Assembly (NCBI GenBank): GCA_944391075.1
Contig: CALXSG010000003.1
Span: 22,767 to 86,766, forward strand
From: an uncultured Rickettsiales bacterium
GTDB taxonomy: Bacteria; Pseudomonadota; Alphaproteobacteria; Rickettsiales; UBA1997
DNA: 64,000 bases
Reading direction: 5' to 3'
The position numbers and the translations under genes were made by a program. Positions 27,312 through 36,462 of the stretch are shown here, in pieces (position 1 is the first letter of the stretch; every line of letters starts with the position of its first letter). Below the pieces are notes generated by a model. It saw only the letters and a program-made list of their open reading frames with translations, was not told the origin of the DNA and did no database searches.

Positions 27312-28826
27312 TTAAATATTTAAATCTATAAATTTTGTATTATTGTCTATTTCAATAATTTTATCATATACTTTTTCTTTATCATTTGAAATAATCTCTA
27401 TTTTATATTGTCCATTATTTAATTTTATCCCACCCATTTGAATATAGGATGCTAACGTAATCCAATATCTTAAATCAGCCATAGAGGTTTTATTTATAAT
27501 TTCAGAAGATGCTTTAAAAGACAACAAAGCCGTAATCTTAGACAAATTATCTTCTTTATTGTACAAGGCGTATGATGATGATAATGCAGCTAAATATTTA
27601 GCCACAATTCTAGAAATAATTTTACTTTGAATTGATAATAAATTATTATTTAATTCTTGCTGCGCTATATATGATAATGGTTCAATGAGTGTTAAATCAA
27701 CAGTTGCTATATAATTGTCTTGCATATCATATACATTAACTGTATATTTATTAGGTTCTTTATTAATTTCTATTTCAGGAAATTCAATTAATATATACGG
27801 AACGCCATTTATTGTAGTCATTACACTTGCCATTTCATATGTATCATTAAAGCTTAAACCAAGAGAAGTAACTGGCAGTGGCATTTCTAATACCTTAGCT
27901 TTCTTAGGCGCTATTAAATTATCTTTAATTAAAACAACTAAATTATCTTTTTGTTGTTTTTCTAAATTTTTCTTATTTCTTTTTATATAATTTTGTAAAT
28001 CTTTTGAATATTTTGTATCTTTTATATAATTTTTATATAATTCCTGATAAGATAAAGTTGGTAATTTTTTATAATCTTTTTTAAATTCATCACTTTTCTC
28101 ATTATATATAGAATACATATTATAATTTTTTAACAAAATATCACTAGCATTATCATACAATATTAATGCTGTATTATCATCATTTTTTAAATTAAATTGT
28201 TCATAAATAAAAGCACCCCATAATTTTGCTAATATATCATTTTTATATGTTATATCTTCATAATTGGAATTTTGCATACTTTTTAAAAATGATTCCCATT
28301 CAACAAGAGAGGTTTTTGCATAATTTAAATGAAAAATTTTTTCTTTTTCTGTAAGTTCTCTTTTAGGTATTATATTACCATTTTCATCTATATATTCTTC
28401 ATAAAAACCTTGTTGATATAAATTGTAATTAATTAATGATATATAAAATCTAATAAGGGACACTTCATAAACTTCCCCATAATAGTTGTCAAGATTAGCG
28501 TCCCACATTGATAAAGTTTTTTTTGAAATACTAATTGTGTATAATTCATCACTAATTTTTTTTGCTTCTTCAAAATTTTTTAGTGCTTGATAATAATTAT
28601 TGTTAAGATAATTTATCGTTCCTAATTCAAGAAATTTTAATAATTTAGAAGTATCCTTTGAATAAAAATCATCATTATTTACTATTTCTAATGCTTCTTG
28701 ATAATTTTTATCCATCACTTCCATATAAATAGTTTTAGTAGCCTTTCTGTCATTAATGACATTACTACAAGAACAAACTAATAAAATATAGAATATAACA
28801 AAATATTTACTATGTTTTATCATCAA
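27312..28826 (-). CDS. hypothetical lipoprotein (N-terminal TPR-like repeats)
   Basis: 504 aa. Signal peptide plus lipobox ILLVCSC. TPR-like helices (YQEALEIVNN.., YYQALKNFEEAKKISDELY). No family recognised. Confidence 0.45.
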   Translation of the reverse strand: MMIKHSKYFVIFYILLVCSCSNVINDRKATKTIYMEVMDKNYQEALEIVNNDDFYSKDTSKLLKFLELGTINYLNNNYYQALKNFEEAKKISDELYTISISKKTLSMWDANLDNYYGEVYEVSLIRFYISLINYNLYQQGFYEEYIDENGNIIPKRELTEKEKIFHLNYAKTSLVEWESFLKSMQNSNYEDITYKNDILAKLWGAFIYEQFNLKNDDNTALILYDNASDILLKNYNMYSIYNEKSDEFKKDYKKLPTLSYQELYKNYIKDTKYSKDLQNYIKRNKKNLEKQQKDNLVVLIKDNLIAPKKAKVLEMPLPVTSLGLSFNDTYEMASVMTTINGVPYILIEFPEIEINKEPNKYTVNVYDMQDNYIATVDLTLIEPLSYIAQQELNNNLLSIQSKIISRIVAKYLAALSSSYALYNKEDNLSKITALLSFKASSEIINKTSMADLRYWITLASYIQMGGIKLNNGQYKIEIISNDKEKVYDKIIEIDNNTKFIDLNI

Positions 28827-28830
28827 CTAT

Positions 28831-29262
28831 TTATAATAAAATTTTTTCTATTTCTTTCTTTAACTCTTTTGTTTTTGAAGGGTCTTTTGGTATAACTAAT
28901 GTAGTACAATCACCTGATAAAGTAGACATTAAATTATCTATACTTCTTTCATCAAGGAGTTGTCCTATAATATTAGCTGAACCTGGATAAGAAACAATAG
29001 AAATCAATTGACCATTGTCTTCAATTTTACTTATCAATTTCTTAGCCCAATCACACTGCTCTTCTAATTTTTGTTGTATTTCATAAACTACATTGCCATT
29101 AGTATCAACAACTTTAATGGCTTTGATTTGTTTTAATATTCTAGAAATATTGGATTGAGTAACACTAATCTTATATTTCTTTTCTAAGATATCGGTAATG
29201 TCAGTTTGTTTTGTAATAACATTATTCTCGATAATCTCTTTTACTAAATAGTTTAATTTCAT
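28831..29262 (-). CDS. argR: arginine repressor ArgR-like regulator
   Basis: The winged-helix N-terminus (ITKQTDITDILEKKYKISVTQSNISRILKQIKAIKV) and the C-terminal oligomerisation/ligand domain (ISIVSYPGSANIIGQLLD...STLSGDCTTLVIP) align by eye with E. coli ArgR (..VVIHTSPGAAQLIARLLD...GTIAGDDTIFTTP). The GDD ligand motif reads GDC here. Confidence 0.7.
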   Translation of the reverse strand: MKLNYLVKEIIENNVITKQTDITDILEKKYKISVTQSNISRILKQIKAIKVVDTNGNVVYEIQQKLEEQCDWAKKLISKIEDNGQLISIVSYPGSANIIGQLLDERSIDNLMSTLSGDCTTLVIPKDPSKTKELKKEIEKILL

Positions 29263-29394
29263 AAGACCACATATTTATAATTAATCATAGTATTAAATTT
29301 AAACTATATAAAATATAAATCAATATTTTTATTTTATATTTACATTTATAAAAATATATTTTATTTTATAACAAATAAATAATAATAAAAGAAA

Positions 29395-30246
29395 ATGAAG
29401 CAAAATACTATTAAAGATAATATTTCGTTTAGTGGAATAGGTTTACATAGTGGTGTAAAAGTTAATATAAATATTAAACCTGCATTAGAAGATACTGGCA
29501 TTATTTTTAAACGAATTGATGTAAAAGACAAAAATAATGAAATTCAAGCTTTATATAAAAATGTAGTTAATACACAATTAGGAACAACAATTGCTAATCA
29601 AGATCAAGTTGTTGTACAAACTATTGAACATTTTATGGCTGCAATGTGGGCTTGTAATATTGATAATGCTATTATAGAAATAGATAATCAAGAAGTTCCT
29701 ATTATGGACGGAAGTGCTGAAATTTTTATAAAAGAAATTAAAAAGGCTGGTATTCAAGAATTAAATAAAGAAAAAAAATTCTTAAAAATTCTTAAAGAAG
29801 TTCAAGTTCAAGACAAAGATAGTTATGTAAAAATTGAACCATCTAATGAATATAAAATAAATATTGCAGTTGAATATAATTATGGTGGCATTGGAAAACA
29901 AACCTTTGAATTTAATGGTGATGCAAATAATTTTGCAAATGAAATAGCAAAGGCTAGAACTTTCTGTAATGAAAAAGAAATAGAATTTATGAGGCAACAC
30001 GGCCTTGCATTAGGTGGAAGTTTAGATAATGCTATGGTATTTAATGACACAACTATATTAAACGAAAATGGTTTTAGATGTGATAGCGAAGTTGTAAAAC
30101 ATAAATTACTGGATTGTGTTGGCGATATGTACACAAGTGGTTATTTTTTAAAAGGTAAAATTACAGCAAATAAACCAGGACATACATTAAATAATGAAAT
30201 TTTAAAAGCTATTTTTGCTGATAAAAGCAATTATGTTATTGAATAA
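29395..30246 (+). CDS. lpxC: UDP-3-O-acyl-N-acetylglucosamine deacetylase
   Basis: GIGLHSG, DTGIIFKRID, TIEHFMAAM (Glu-His zinc/general-base site) and VKHKLLDCVGDM (HKxxD). Length is 283 aa. Confidence 0.9.
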   Translation: MKQNTIKDNISFSGIGLHSGVKVNINIKPALEDTGIIFKRIDVKDKNNEIQALYKNVVNTQLGTTIANQDQVVVQTIEHFMAAMWACNIDNAIIEIDNQEVPIMDGSAEIFIKEIKKAGIQELNKEKKFLKILKEVQVQDKDSYVKIEPSNEYKINIAVEYNYGGIGKQTFEFNGDANNFANEIAKARTFCNEKEIEFMRQHGLALGGSLDNAMVFNDTTILNENGFRCDSEVVKHKLLDCVGDMYTSGYFLKGKITANKPGHTLNNEILKAIFADKSNYVIE

Positions 30247-30251
30247 TTAAT

Positions 30252-32441
30252 ATGTTAGATAAATTAGGATTTTTACTTACTCCATTAAGAAATTTAAGTG
30301 GCTTTACTGATAGAAGTATGAAAATATATGAAAGATTACTTTTAAAAAGATCACTTGATTTTGAAAGAGAATTAAAAGTTATTGATTTACTTTATCACAA
30401 ACCAGAAAAGGTGCTTTTTAGAAAAGAAAATCCTGATTTAAGAACAGTGCAAGATGGTGATTTAATCACAGTAAAAGTTGTGGTTGATGATTATAAAATT
30501 CCTTATAAAAATTATCAACCACACAAAATTTTATGTCATAATCAAACCGGTTTCATTACAGTTGTATATTTTAAAATGCTTGATTATATGAAACCAATGT
30601 TTAAGGAAGGAAATGAAATTGTTATTAGCGGAAAGGTTGAAAAATTTAATAATGAATTACAAATGACTCATCCTGACTATGTAAATAATCAAAATATACC
30701 TAATTATGAACAAATATATCCTTTAACTGCTGGCTTGATAAATAAAAATTTAAGACAAAATATACAAAAAATTTTGCAAAAAATACCAGATTTACCAGAA
30801 TGGCTACCTAATGATTTATTGTTTGAAAATGGTTGGAAAAGTTGGAAAGAAAGTATATTAAGTATGCATAATGCAAAAAATGATAACGAATTATTAGATA
30901 ATAGCCCCTATATTGAACGATTAGCTTTTGATGAATTATTAGCAAACCAGATTAGTTTTAATTTAGTAAAAGAAAAAATAAAATTAGAAAATCAAAAAGA
31001 TATTTTTGCAAATAAAAATAATTCTTTAAAAAAATATTTTTTAGAATTATTACCTTTTGAACTTACAAATGATCAAAAAAAAGTTATTAAGGAAATTGAA
31101 GATGATTTATATTCTCAAAAAAGAATGCTTAGATTAGTGCAAGGTGATGTTGGAAGTGGAAAAACCGTTGTTGCTTTTTTGAGTATGTTGCCATTTTTAG
31201 AAAATCATAAACAAATAGCATTTATGGTGCCTACTTCTATTTTAGCTACTCAACATTTTGAATGGCTAAAAAATATTTGCACTAAATCAAATAACATTGA
31301 AATAATTGATTATAATGAATTAGCTTCAAGCAAAAAGAATCTAGAAAATTCATTATTATATTTTGACAAAAATGAAAAAAATATAAAAATAAAGATTGCT
31401 TTATTAACTGGAAAAATCAAAGGAAAAAAGAGAGAAAAAATATTAAATGCATTAAAAAATGGTGAAATTGATATATTGATTGGTACACATGCAATATTTC
31501 AAGAAAATGTTGAATTTAAAAATTTAGAATATGTTGTAATAGATGAGCAACACAAGTTTGGTGTAGCTCAAAGATTAAATTTAATAGAAAAAGGAAAGAA
31601 TACTGATACTTTAATTATGACAGCAACACCAATTCCTAGAACATTAGCTTTAACAATATATGGTGATATGGATATTTCCACAATCAAAGAAAAACCTAAA
31701 AACAGAAAAGAAATTATTACAACATCATTACAAAAAGAAAGATTTAATGATTTAATTGCAAGAATAAAAGAAAAAATTAAAGAAAATGAAAAAATTTATT
31801 GGATATGTCCTTTAATTGATGAAAGTGAAAATTTACCAGCTACACCAGTATTTCAAAGATATGAAGAATTTAAAAAATTTTTTAAAGAAGAAGAATTAGG
31901 GTTGTTGCATGGTAAAATGGCAGAAGAAGAAAAAGATAAAATAATGGCTGATTTTAGTGATAAAAATGGGTTAACAAAAATACTAGTATCTACAACGGTT
32001 GTTGAGGTTGGTGTTGATGTGCCTGATGCTACAATTATAATTATTGAAAGTCCCGAAAGGTTTGGCTTATCACAAATTCATCAATTAAGGGGCAGAGTAG
32101 GAAGGGGGGATAAACAATCTTATTGTATTTTATTTTATGAAAAACTAACAAATTCTTTAAAAAAAAGAATGGAAATTTTAAAAAATAGCTCTGATGGTTT
32201 TTATATTGCAGAAGAAGATTTAAAATTAAGGGGTTCTGGTGAGATGTTGGGAGTAAAACAAAGTGGTTATCAAGAATATTTAATTGCAAATCTATCTAGT
32301 CATTACACATTATTATTGCAAGCATCAAAAATAGCTAAACAAATAGTAAAAGATAAAAGTTTATTAAATAGTGAATCTATTAAAATATTATTAAAAATGT
32401 TTAATTATGATGAGACTTTTAATAGAGATATATTTAATTAA
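30252..32441 (+). CDS. recG: ATP-dependent DNA helicase RecG
   Basis: Wedge/OB domain at the N-terminus. Helicase motifs GDVGSGKT, DEQHKFGV, MTATPIPRT and QLRGRVGRG. Confidence 0.9.
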   Translation: MLDKLGFLLTPLRNLSGFTDRSMKIYERLLLKRSLDFERELKVIDLLYHKPEKVLFRKENPDLRTVQDGDLITVKVVVDDYKIPYKNYQPHKILCHNQTGFITVVYFKMLDYMKPMFKEGNEIVISGKVEKFNNELQMTHPDYVNNQNIPNYEQIYPLTAGLINKNLRQNIQKILQKIPDLPEWLPNDLLFENGWKSWKESILSMHNAKNDNELLDNSPYIERLAFDELLANQISFNLVKEKIKLENQKDIFANKNNSLKKYFLELLPFELTNDQKKVIKEIEDDLYSQKRMLRLVQGDVGSGKTVVAFLSMLPFLENHKQIAFMVPTSILATQHFEWLKNICTKSNNIEIIDYNELASSKKNLENSLLYFDKNEKNIKIKIALLTGKIKGKKREKILNALKNGEIDILIGTHAIFQENVEFKNLEYVVIDEQHKFGVAQRLNLIEKGKNTDTLIMTATPIPRTLALTIYGDMDISTIKEKPKNRKEIITTSLQKERFNDLIARIKEKIKENEKIYWICPLIDESENLPATPVFQRYEEFKKFFKEEELGLLHGKMAEEEKDKIMADFSDKNGLTKILVSTTVVEVGVDVPDATIIIIESPERFGLSQIHQLRGRVGRGDKQSYCILFYEKLTNSLKKRMEILKNSSDGFYIAEEDLKLRGSGEMLGVKQSGYQEYLIANLSSHYTLLLQASKIAKQIVKDKSLLNSESIKILLKMFNYDETFNRDIFN

Positions 32442-33504
32442 AAATATTATTAAATAAGACTATTATTGCATGTTTTTTGCTTAAATTATATGTATTTGTA
32501 TCAAAAAATACATTTTTTGTAAATGCAATTTTATCTAATAATTTTTTTTCATTATTTTTTAATAAAAATTGTGTATTATTTTCTTTAAAATTATTTTTTG
32601 ATTCACCATTAGAATAATATTTTAAAGACTTATATAAAAATAATAATATAAATTCTTGAAATAAATTATACAAAGTTTCATTATTGTTTAATTTTTCGGC
32701 TAAATTTTGTACTTCTTCTATATTTAAGTTTTTTTGTGCTAAAATACTTTCAATATTATTATATAAAAATATTCCATCTTCATCTATAATATCTATTGCA
32801 TAAGAAATTGAACCATTTGATAAATCAAATAAATTTAATAATTGTTCATCATTTAATAATTTAACTTTTTCATTATAAACATATAATAAAATTTCTTTCC
32901 ATTCTTCAAAGTTGTATTTATTAATATTTATTTCTCTACATCTAGATCTAATTGTATCTAATATTTTATTGATATTATGGCAAACTAAAAATATATAAGT
33001 ATTTTTTAATGGTTCTTCTAAAACTTTTAAAATTGCATTTTGTGCAGAAGTATTCATTTCATCAATGCTATCAATAATAATAACTTTACTACTAGAAGCA
33101 AAAGGTGCTAATGTAATAAAATCATTAATTTTTCTAGCAGATGCAACTTTAATTTCTTTATCAATTTTATTAGTTTTTTCATCTTTTTCTTTTTCTATAA
33201 CTAAAAGATCTGGATGTTTTTTATTTACTATTAAATTAAATGTAGGGTTTTTTTCTGATAATTCGTTTTCATTAACAACTTCTATATCGCCAAATAGAGA
33301 TACTGGTTCATTGCTTTTTAATGTAGAAGAATTATCTAAAATTTTATTAGCTAAATGATAACATAAGGTAGATTTTCCAATGCCTTTTTCACCAACAAAC
33401 AATAATGAATGATGTAATTTACAATCTAAGAAATTATTAAATAATTCATTTTTTATTTTATCTAAATATAATAACTTTTTATTTTTATATGGTTCAATTA
33501 ACAC
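32434..33504 (-). CDS. holB: DNA polymerase III delta' subunit
   Basis: HHSLLFVGEKGIGKST (P-loop-like), VIIIDSIDEMNTSAQNAILKVLEEP and SRC sensor motif (IRSRCREI). GTG start. Confidence 0.8.
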   Translation of the reverse strand: MLIEPYKNKKLLYLDKIKNELFNNFLDCKLHHSLLFVGEKGIGKSTLCYHLANKILDNSSTLKSNEPVSLFGDIEVVNENELSEKNPTFNLIVNKKHPDLLVIEKEKDEKTNKIDKEIKVASARKINDFITLAPFASSSKVIIIDSIDEMNTSAQNAILKVLEEPLKNTYIFLVCHNINKILDTIRSRCREININKYNFEEWKEILLYVYNEKVKLLNDEQLLNLFDLSNGSISYAIDIIDEDGIFLYNNIESILAQKNLNIEEVQNLAEKLNNNETLYNLFQEFILLFLYKSLKYYSNGESKNNFKENNTQFLLKNNEKKLLDKIAFTKNVFFDTNTYNLSKKHAIIVLFNNIFN

Positions 33505-33512
33505 TTAACAAC

Positions 33513-34229
33513 CTACTTATTATTATATGCATTTGTAAATAAATTTTTAAAAAAGTTATAAGTTGTTAATTTATCAAACTCTTTAATATTAATTTCAAAT
33601 AAGCAAAATAAATTACTAATAAAAATAATTGCTATACAAGAAATTATATCACTTTTTACTTTATCCGTTGAATTCATAGGAACTTTTGATAACCAATCCT
33701 TATATGGTAATATCATTGCATCGTATGAAAAAGAATTGTAAGCCATATCTTGCATATTGATAATGAAAGATTGACTAGGTTTTGCATCTATTTCATGTTC
33801 GTTCACTCTAATTGCAATATCTTGATTTAATGTAAATATTTTTCTTTTTTTATCTAATTCTTTTTTATTTCCTATCGTAAGCATAAAAGATAGAGGTTCA
33901 CTGGTTCCATCAATATAAGGAAGATATGCACCATCTAATTCAATGATTGCATTATCGATTTTTGCAGCCCATATTGATGCTAGTATAATTTCAATATTAT
34001 TTATAGTAATACCACTATCATTTTTTAAAATTAATTTATCATTTTCTACATATACATTATTATAATCAACTTTGATTGAATTATTTTCTTTAAAATCAAC
34101 TCTTTTAAAGATAATACCTGTATCAGCTTCTGCTGGAAGTATTTTGACATTAACTACTTTTTCCATATTTTCTGGTTTTCCAAAAAAAGAAATTTCATTT
34201 AAAATAGTTGTTTGATTTTCTGTATACAT
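33513..34229 (-). CDS. LpxC-like paralogue, truncated and lacking zinc ligands (probable pseudoenzyme)
   Basis: Its first ~130 aa align with the window's own LpxC: DTGIIFKRVD / DTGIIFKRID, IDNAIIELD / IDNAIIEID, PYIDGTSE / PIMDGSAE. However, TIEHFMAAM is NIEIILASI (His to Ile) and the C-terminal HKxxD region is missing. Confidence 0.65.
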   Translation of the reverse strand: MYTENQTTILNEISFFGKPENMEKVVNVKILPAEADTGIIFKRVDFKENNSIKVDYNNVYVENDKLILKNDSGITINNIEIILASIWAAKIDNAIIELDGAYLPYIDGTSEPLSFMLTIGNKKELDKKRKIFTLNQDIAIRVNEHEIDAKPSQSFIINMQDMAYNSFSYDAMILPYKDWLSKVPMNSTDKVKSDIISCIAIIFISNLFCLFEINIKEFDKLTTYNFFKNLFTNAYNNK

Positions 34230-34358
34230 AAAAACACACTAAAATTAATCTACAAGAATTGTAAGAAAATTATTTTTTAAAGTCAAACTTATTTAGTTGA
34301 TTTTTTGAAAAAATAAAACTATATTTATAGCGATTTTAAATAAATAAAGGAGAGAAAA

Positions 34359-34940
34359 ATGAAATCATTAATTGGTACAAAAACAAGAGAAAACTTACTT
34401 AAAGCTTTTGCAGGTGAATCACAAGCTAGAAATAGATATACATTTGCTGCAGAAATTGCTAAAAAAGAAGGTTATGAAGCAATAGCTATGGTTTTTGAAG
34501 AAACAGCTAATCATGAAAAAGCACATGCAAAAAGATTATTTAAATTCTTAGAAGAAGGTGGTGAATTAGAAATCACAGCTACATACCCTGCAGGTAAAAT
34601 TGGTACAACTGCTGAAAACTTAATGGAAGCAATGAATGGTGAACATGAAGAAAATACAGTAATGTATCCTGAATTTGCTAAAATTGCAAAAGAAGAAGGT
34701 TTCCCTGAAATTGCTGCTGCTATGGAAAACATTGGTAAAGCAGAAGTTTACCACGAAGAAAGATTTTCTCAATTATTACAAGAAGTTGAAACAAAGAAAT
34801 TATTAGAACAAAATGATTTAGTTGTATGGAAATGTCAAAACTGTGGTTATCACATTACATCAAAAACAGCTCCAAAAGTATGTCCTGCATGTGGACACCC
34901 ACAAGGTTATTTTATTCAAGTTAATGATAAAATGTTTTAA
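34359..34940 (+). CDS. rbr: rubrerythrin
   Basis: Diiron four-helix-bundle motifs (GESQARNRY, EETANHEKAHAK, EHEE..YPEF, AEVYHEERF) plus a C-terminal rubredoxin-like CQNCGY...CPACGH. Confidence 0.9.
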   Translation: MKSLIGTKTRENLLKAFAGESQARNRYTFAAEIAKKEGYEAIAMVFEETANHEKAHAKRLFKFLEEGGELEITATYPAGKIGTTAENLMEAMNGEHEENTVMYPEFAKIAKEEGFPEIAAAMENIGKAEVYHEERFSQLLQEVETKKLLEQNDLVVWKCQNCGYHITSKTAPKVCPACGHPQGYFIQVNDKMF

Positions 34941-34965
34941 TAGTTTTAATAAAATATAAAGAAAA

Positions 34966-34999
34966 ATAACTCATCAGGTATTTGATGGGTTATTTTTTT
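34966..34999 (+). terminator. intrinsic terminator of rbr
   Basis: ataactcatc-aggtatt-tgatgggttat hairpin (one G-U pair) followed by ttttttt. Confidence 0.65.
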
Positions 35000-35002
35000 G
35001 CA

Positions 35003-35172
35003 ATCTAAAACCACCAGTTAGACTGGGCGCAGTTTGCCGAAGGAATAACAAGGTGGGCGGGATGCAGGCGACTTGCGAAGCAAGGCATCTGCAATCACGA
35101 GCCTGTCGTCCCACCGCAGTTTGCCGAAGGAAAATGAAGAACCACCAGCTAAGCTGGTAGGTTACTTTTGCA
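35003..35172 (+). mobile_element. internally deleted, non-autonomous (PATE/MITE-like) copy of the 22.2-22.8 kb element
   Basis: Starts tctaaaaccaccagttagactgg, a truncated left hairpin. It then has the 24-nt linker gcagtttgccgaaggaataacaag and the hairpin module gtgggcggg...gagcctgtcgtcccac. It ends with gcagtttgccgaagga-aaatgaagaaccaccagctaagctggtaggttactttt. It is nearly identical to the reverse complement of 22190-22334. ttttgcaa is present on both flanks. Confidence 0.7.
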
Positions 35173-36304
35173 ATGACAGCTCTTTTTTCGTCATTGCGAG
35201 GAGTGAAATGACGAAACAATCCATAAACCACAACTCAGCACTCTTCGTCATTGCGAAGGCCAAAGGCCTGTGGCAATCCACAACCACCATTATTTTATTT
35301 ATTCACAGAAAAATAAAAGAATTCACTATCCATAAAAATACAAAACCAAAAAGAAAAAGAATTCTATGAATGAATAATTGTGCCCCATACTGAGATTGCC
35401 ACGGCTTTTTCAAAGCCTCGCAATGACGAGTTTTGTTTGACTGTCCCGGTGTCCCATACTGAGATTGCCACGGTTTTTTCAAAGCCTCGCAATGACGGTG
35501 TGGGTTGAGTGTGGCGGTTGTCATAACGAGATTGCCACGAGTTGCAAGCAACTCTCGCAATGACGAGTTTGTGTGTGCTGTCATTGCGAGACTTCGTAGA
35601 AGTCGTGGCAATTCATAAACCACTAATAGTCAATACAAAAATAAAAAAGAAAAAGAAATCACTATTGTTTAATAAACCAAAGAATTAATTTTCAATTTTC
35701 AATTTTCAATTTTCAATTTCTTATGCTTCGTTCGTTTCGCACTTTGTGGGACGACAAGCTAAAATGATTAAGCAAGCTTATCATTTTCCCACTTTGTGCT
35801 TCAATTTTTAATTTCTTATGTATTAATTTTCAATTTTCAATTTTTAATTTTTCTCTCAACCCCCCTGTTGCTTCGCAACCTCCCCCCTTACAAAGGGAGG
35901 CAAACCCCATAAATCACTACTCACTGCTCTTCGTCATTGCGAGGAGTGAAATGACGAAGCAATCCATAAACCACAGCTCACCACTCTTCGTCATTGCGAA
36001 GGCCAAAGGCCTGTGGCAATCCACAACCACCATTATTTTATTTATTCACAGAAAAATAAAAGAATTCACTATCCATAAAAATACAAAACCAAAAAGAAAA
36101 AGAATTCTATGAATGAATAATTGTGCCCCATACTGAGATTGCCACGGCTTTTTCAAAGCCTCGCAATGACGAGTTTTGTTTGACTGTCCCGGTGTCCCAT
36201 ACTGAGATTGCCACGAACCTTTGGTTCTCGCAATGACGATGTGTGTTGTGTGTGGTGTTATCATACTAAGATTGCCACGAGTTCTATGAACTCTCGCAAT
36301 GATG
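35173..36304. repeat. second cluster of GC-rich palindromic units, containing a ~286-bp direct duplication
   Basis: It uses the same GTCATTGCGAG...GGCAATCC unit family, in both orientations, as 21474-22010. Segment 35187-35472 is repeated almost exactly at 35929-36215. Confidence 0.85.
35687..35720 (+). repeat. tandem heptamer repeat (aattttc) x ~5; a second tract lies at 35824-35852
   Basis: Read directly: aattttc aattttc aattttc aattttc aatttc. Confidence 0.85.
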
Positions 36305-36462
36305 ATATAATTTTTATTATTAAGAGTAATAAGTTAAAATATATAAAAATCATTAATAATCAATTTCAATATATTTTGTCATATATTGAAATAATTTAAT
36401 TATTTACTTTTATAAATATTATATAGTAAACTTTTTAGCAGTTTTAATTTTATTTTTATAAT

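Noticed and set aside
34974-36399. ORF-track entries 34974..35231(-), 35073..35369(+), 35303..35623(-), 36046..36264(-) and 36208..36399(+).
   Set aside because: For the same reason: they are read-through of the repeat clusters. Two of them share an identical C-terminus only because of the 286-bp DNA duplication.
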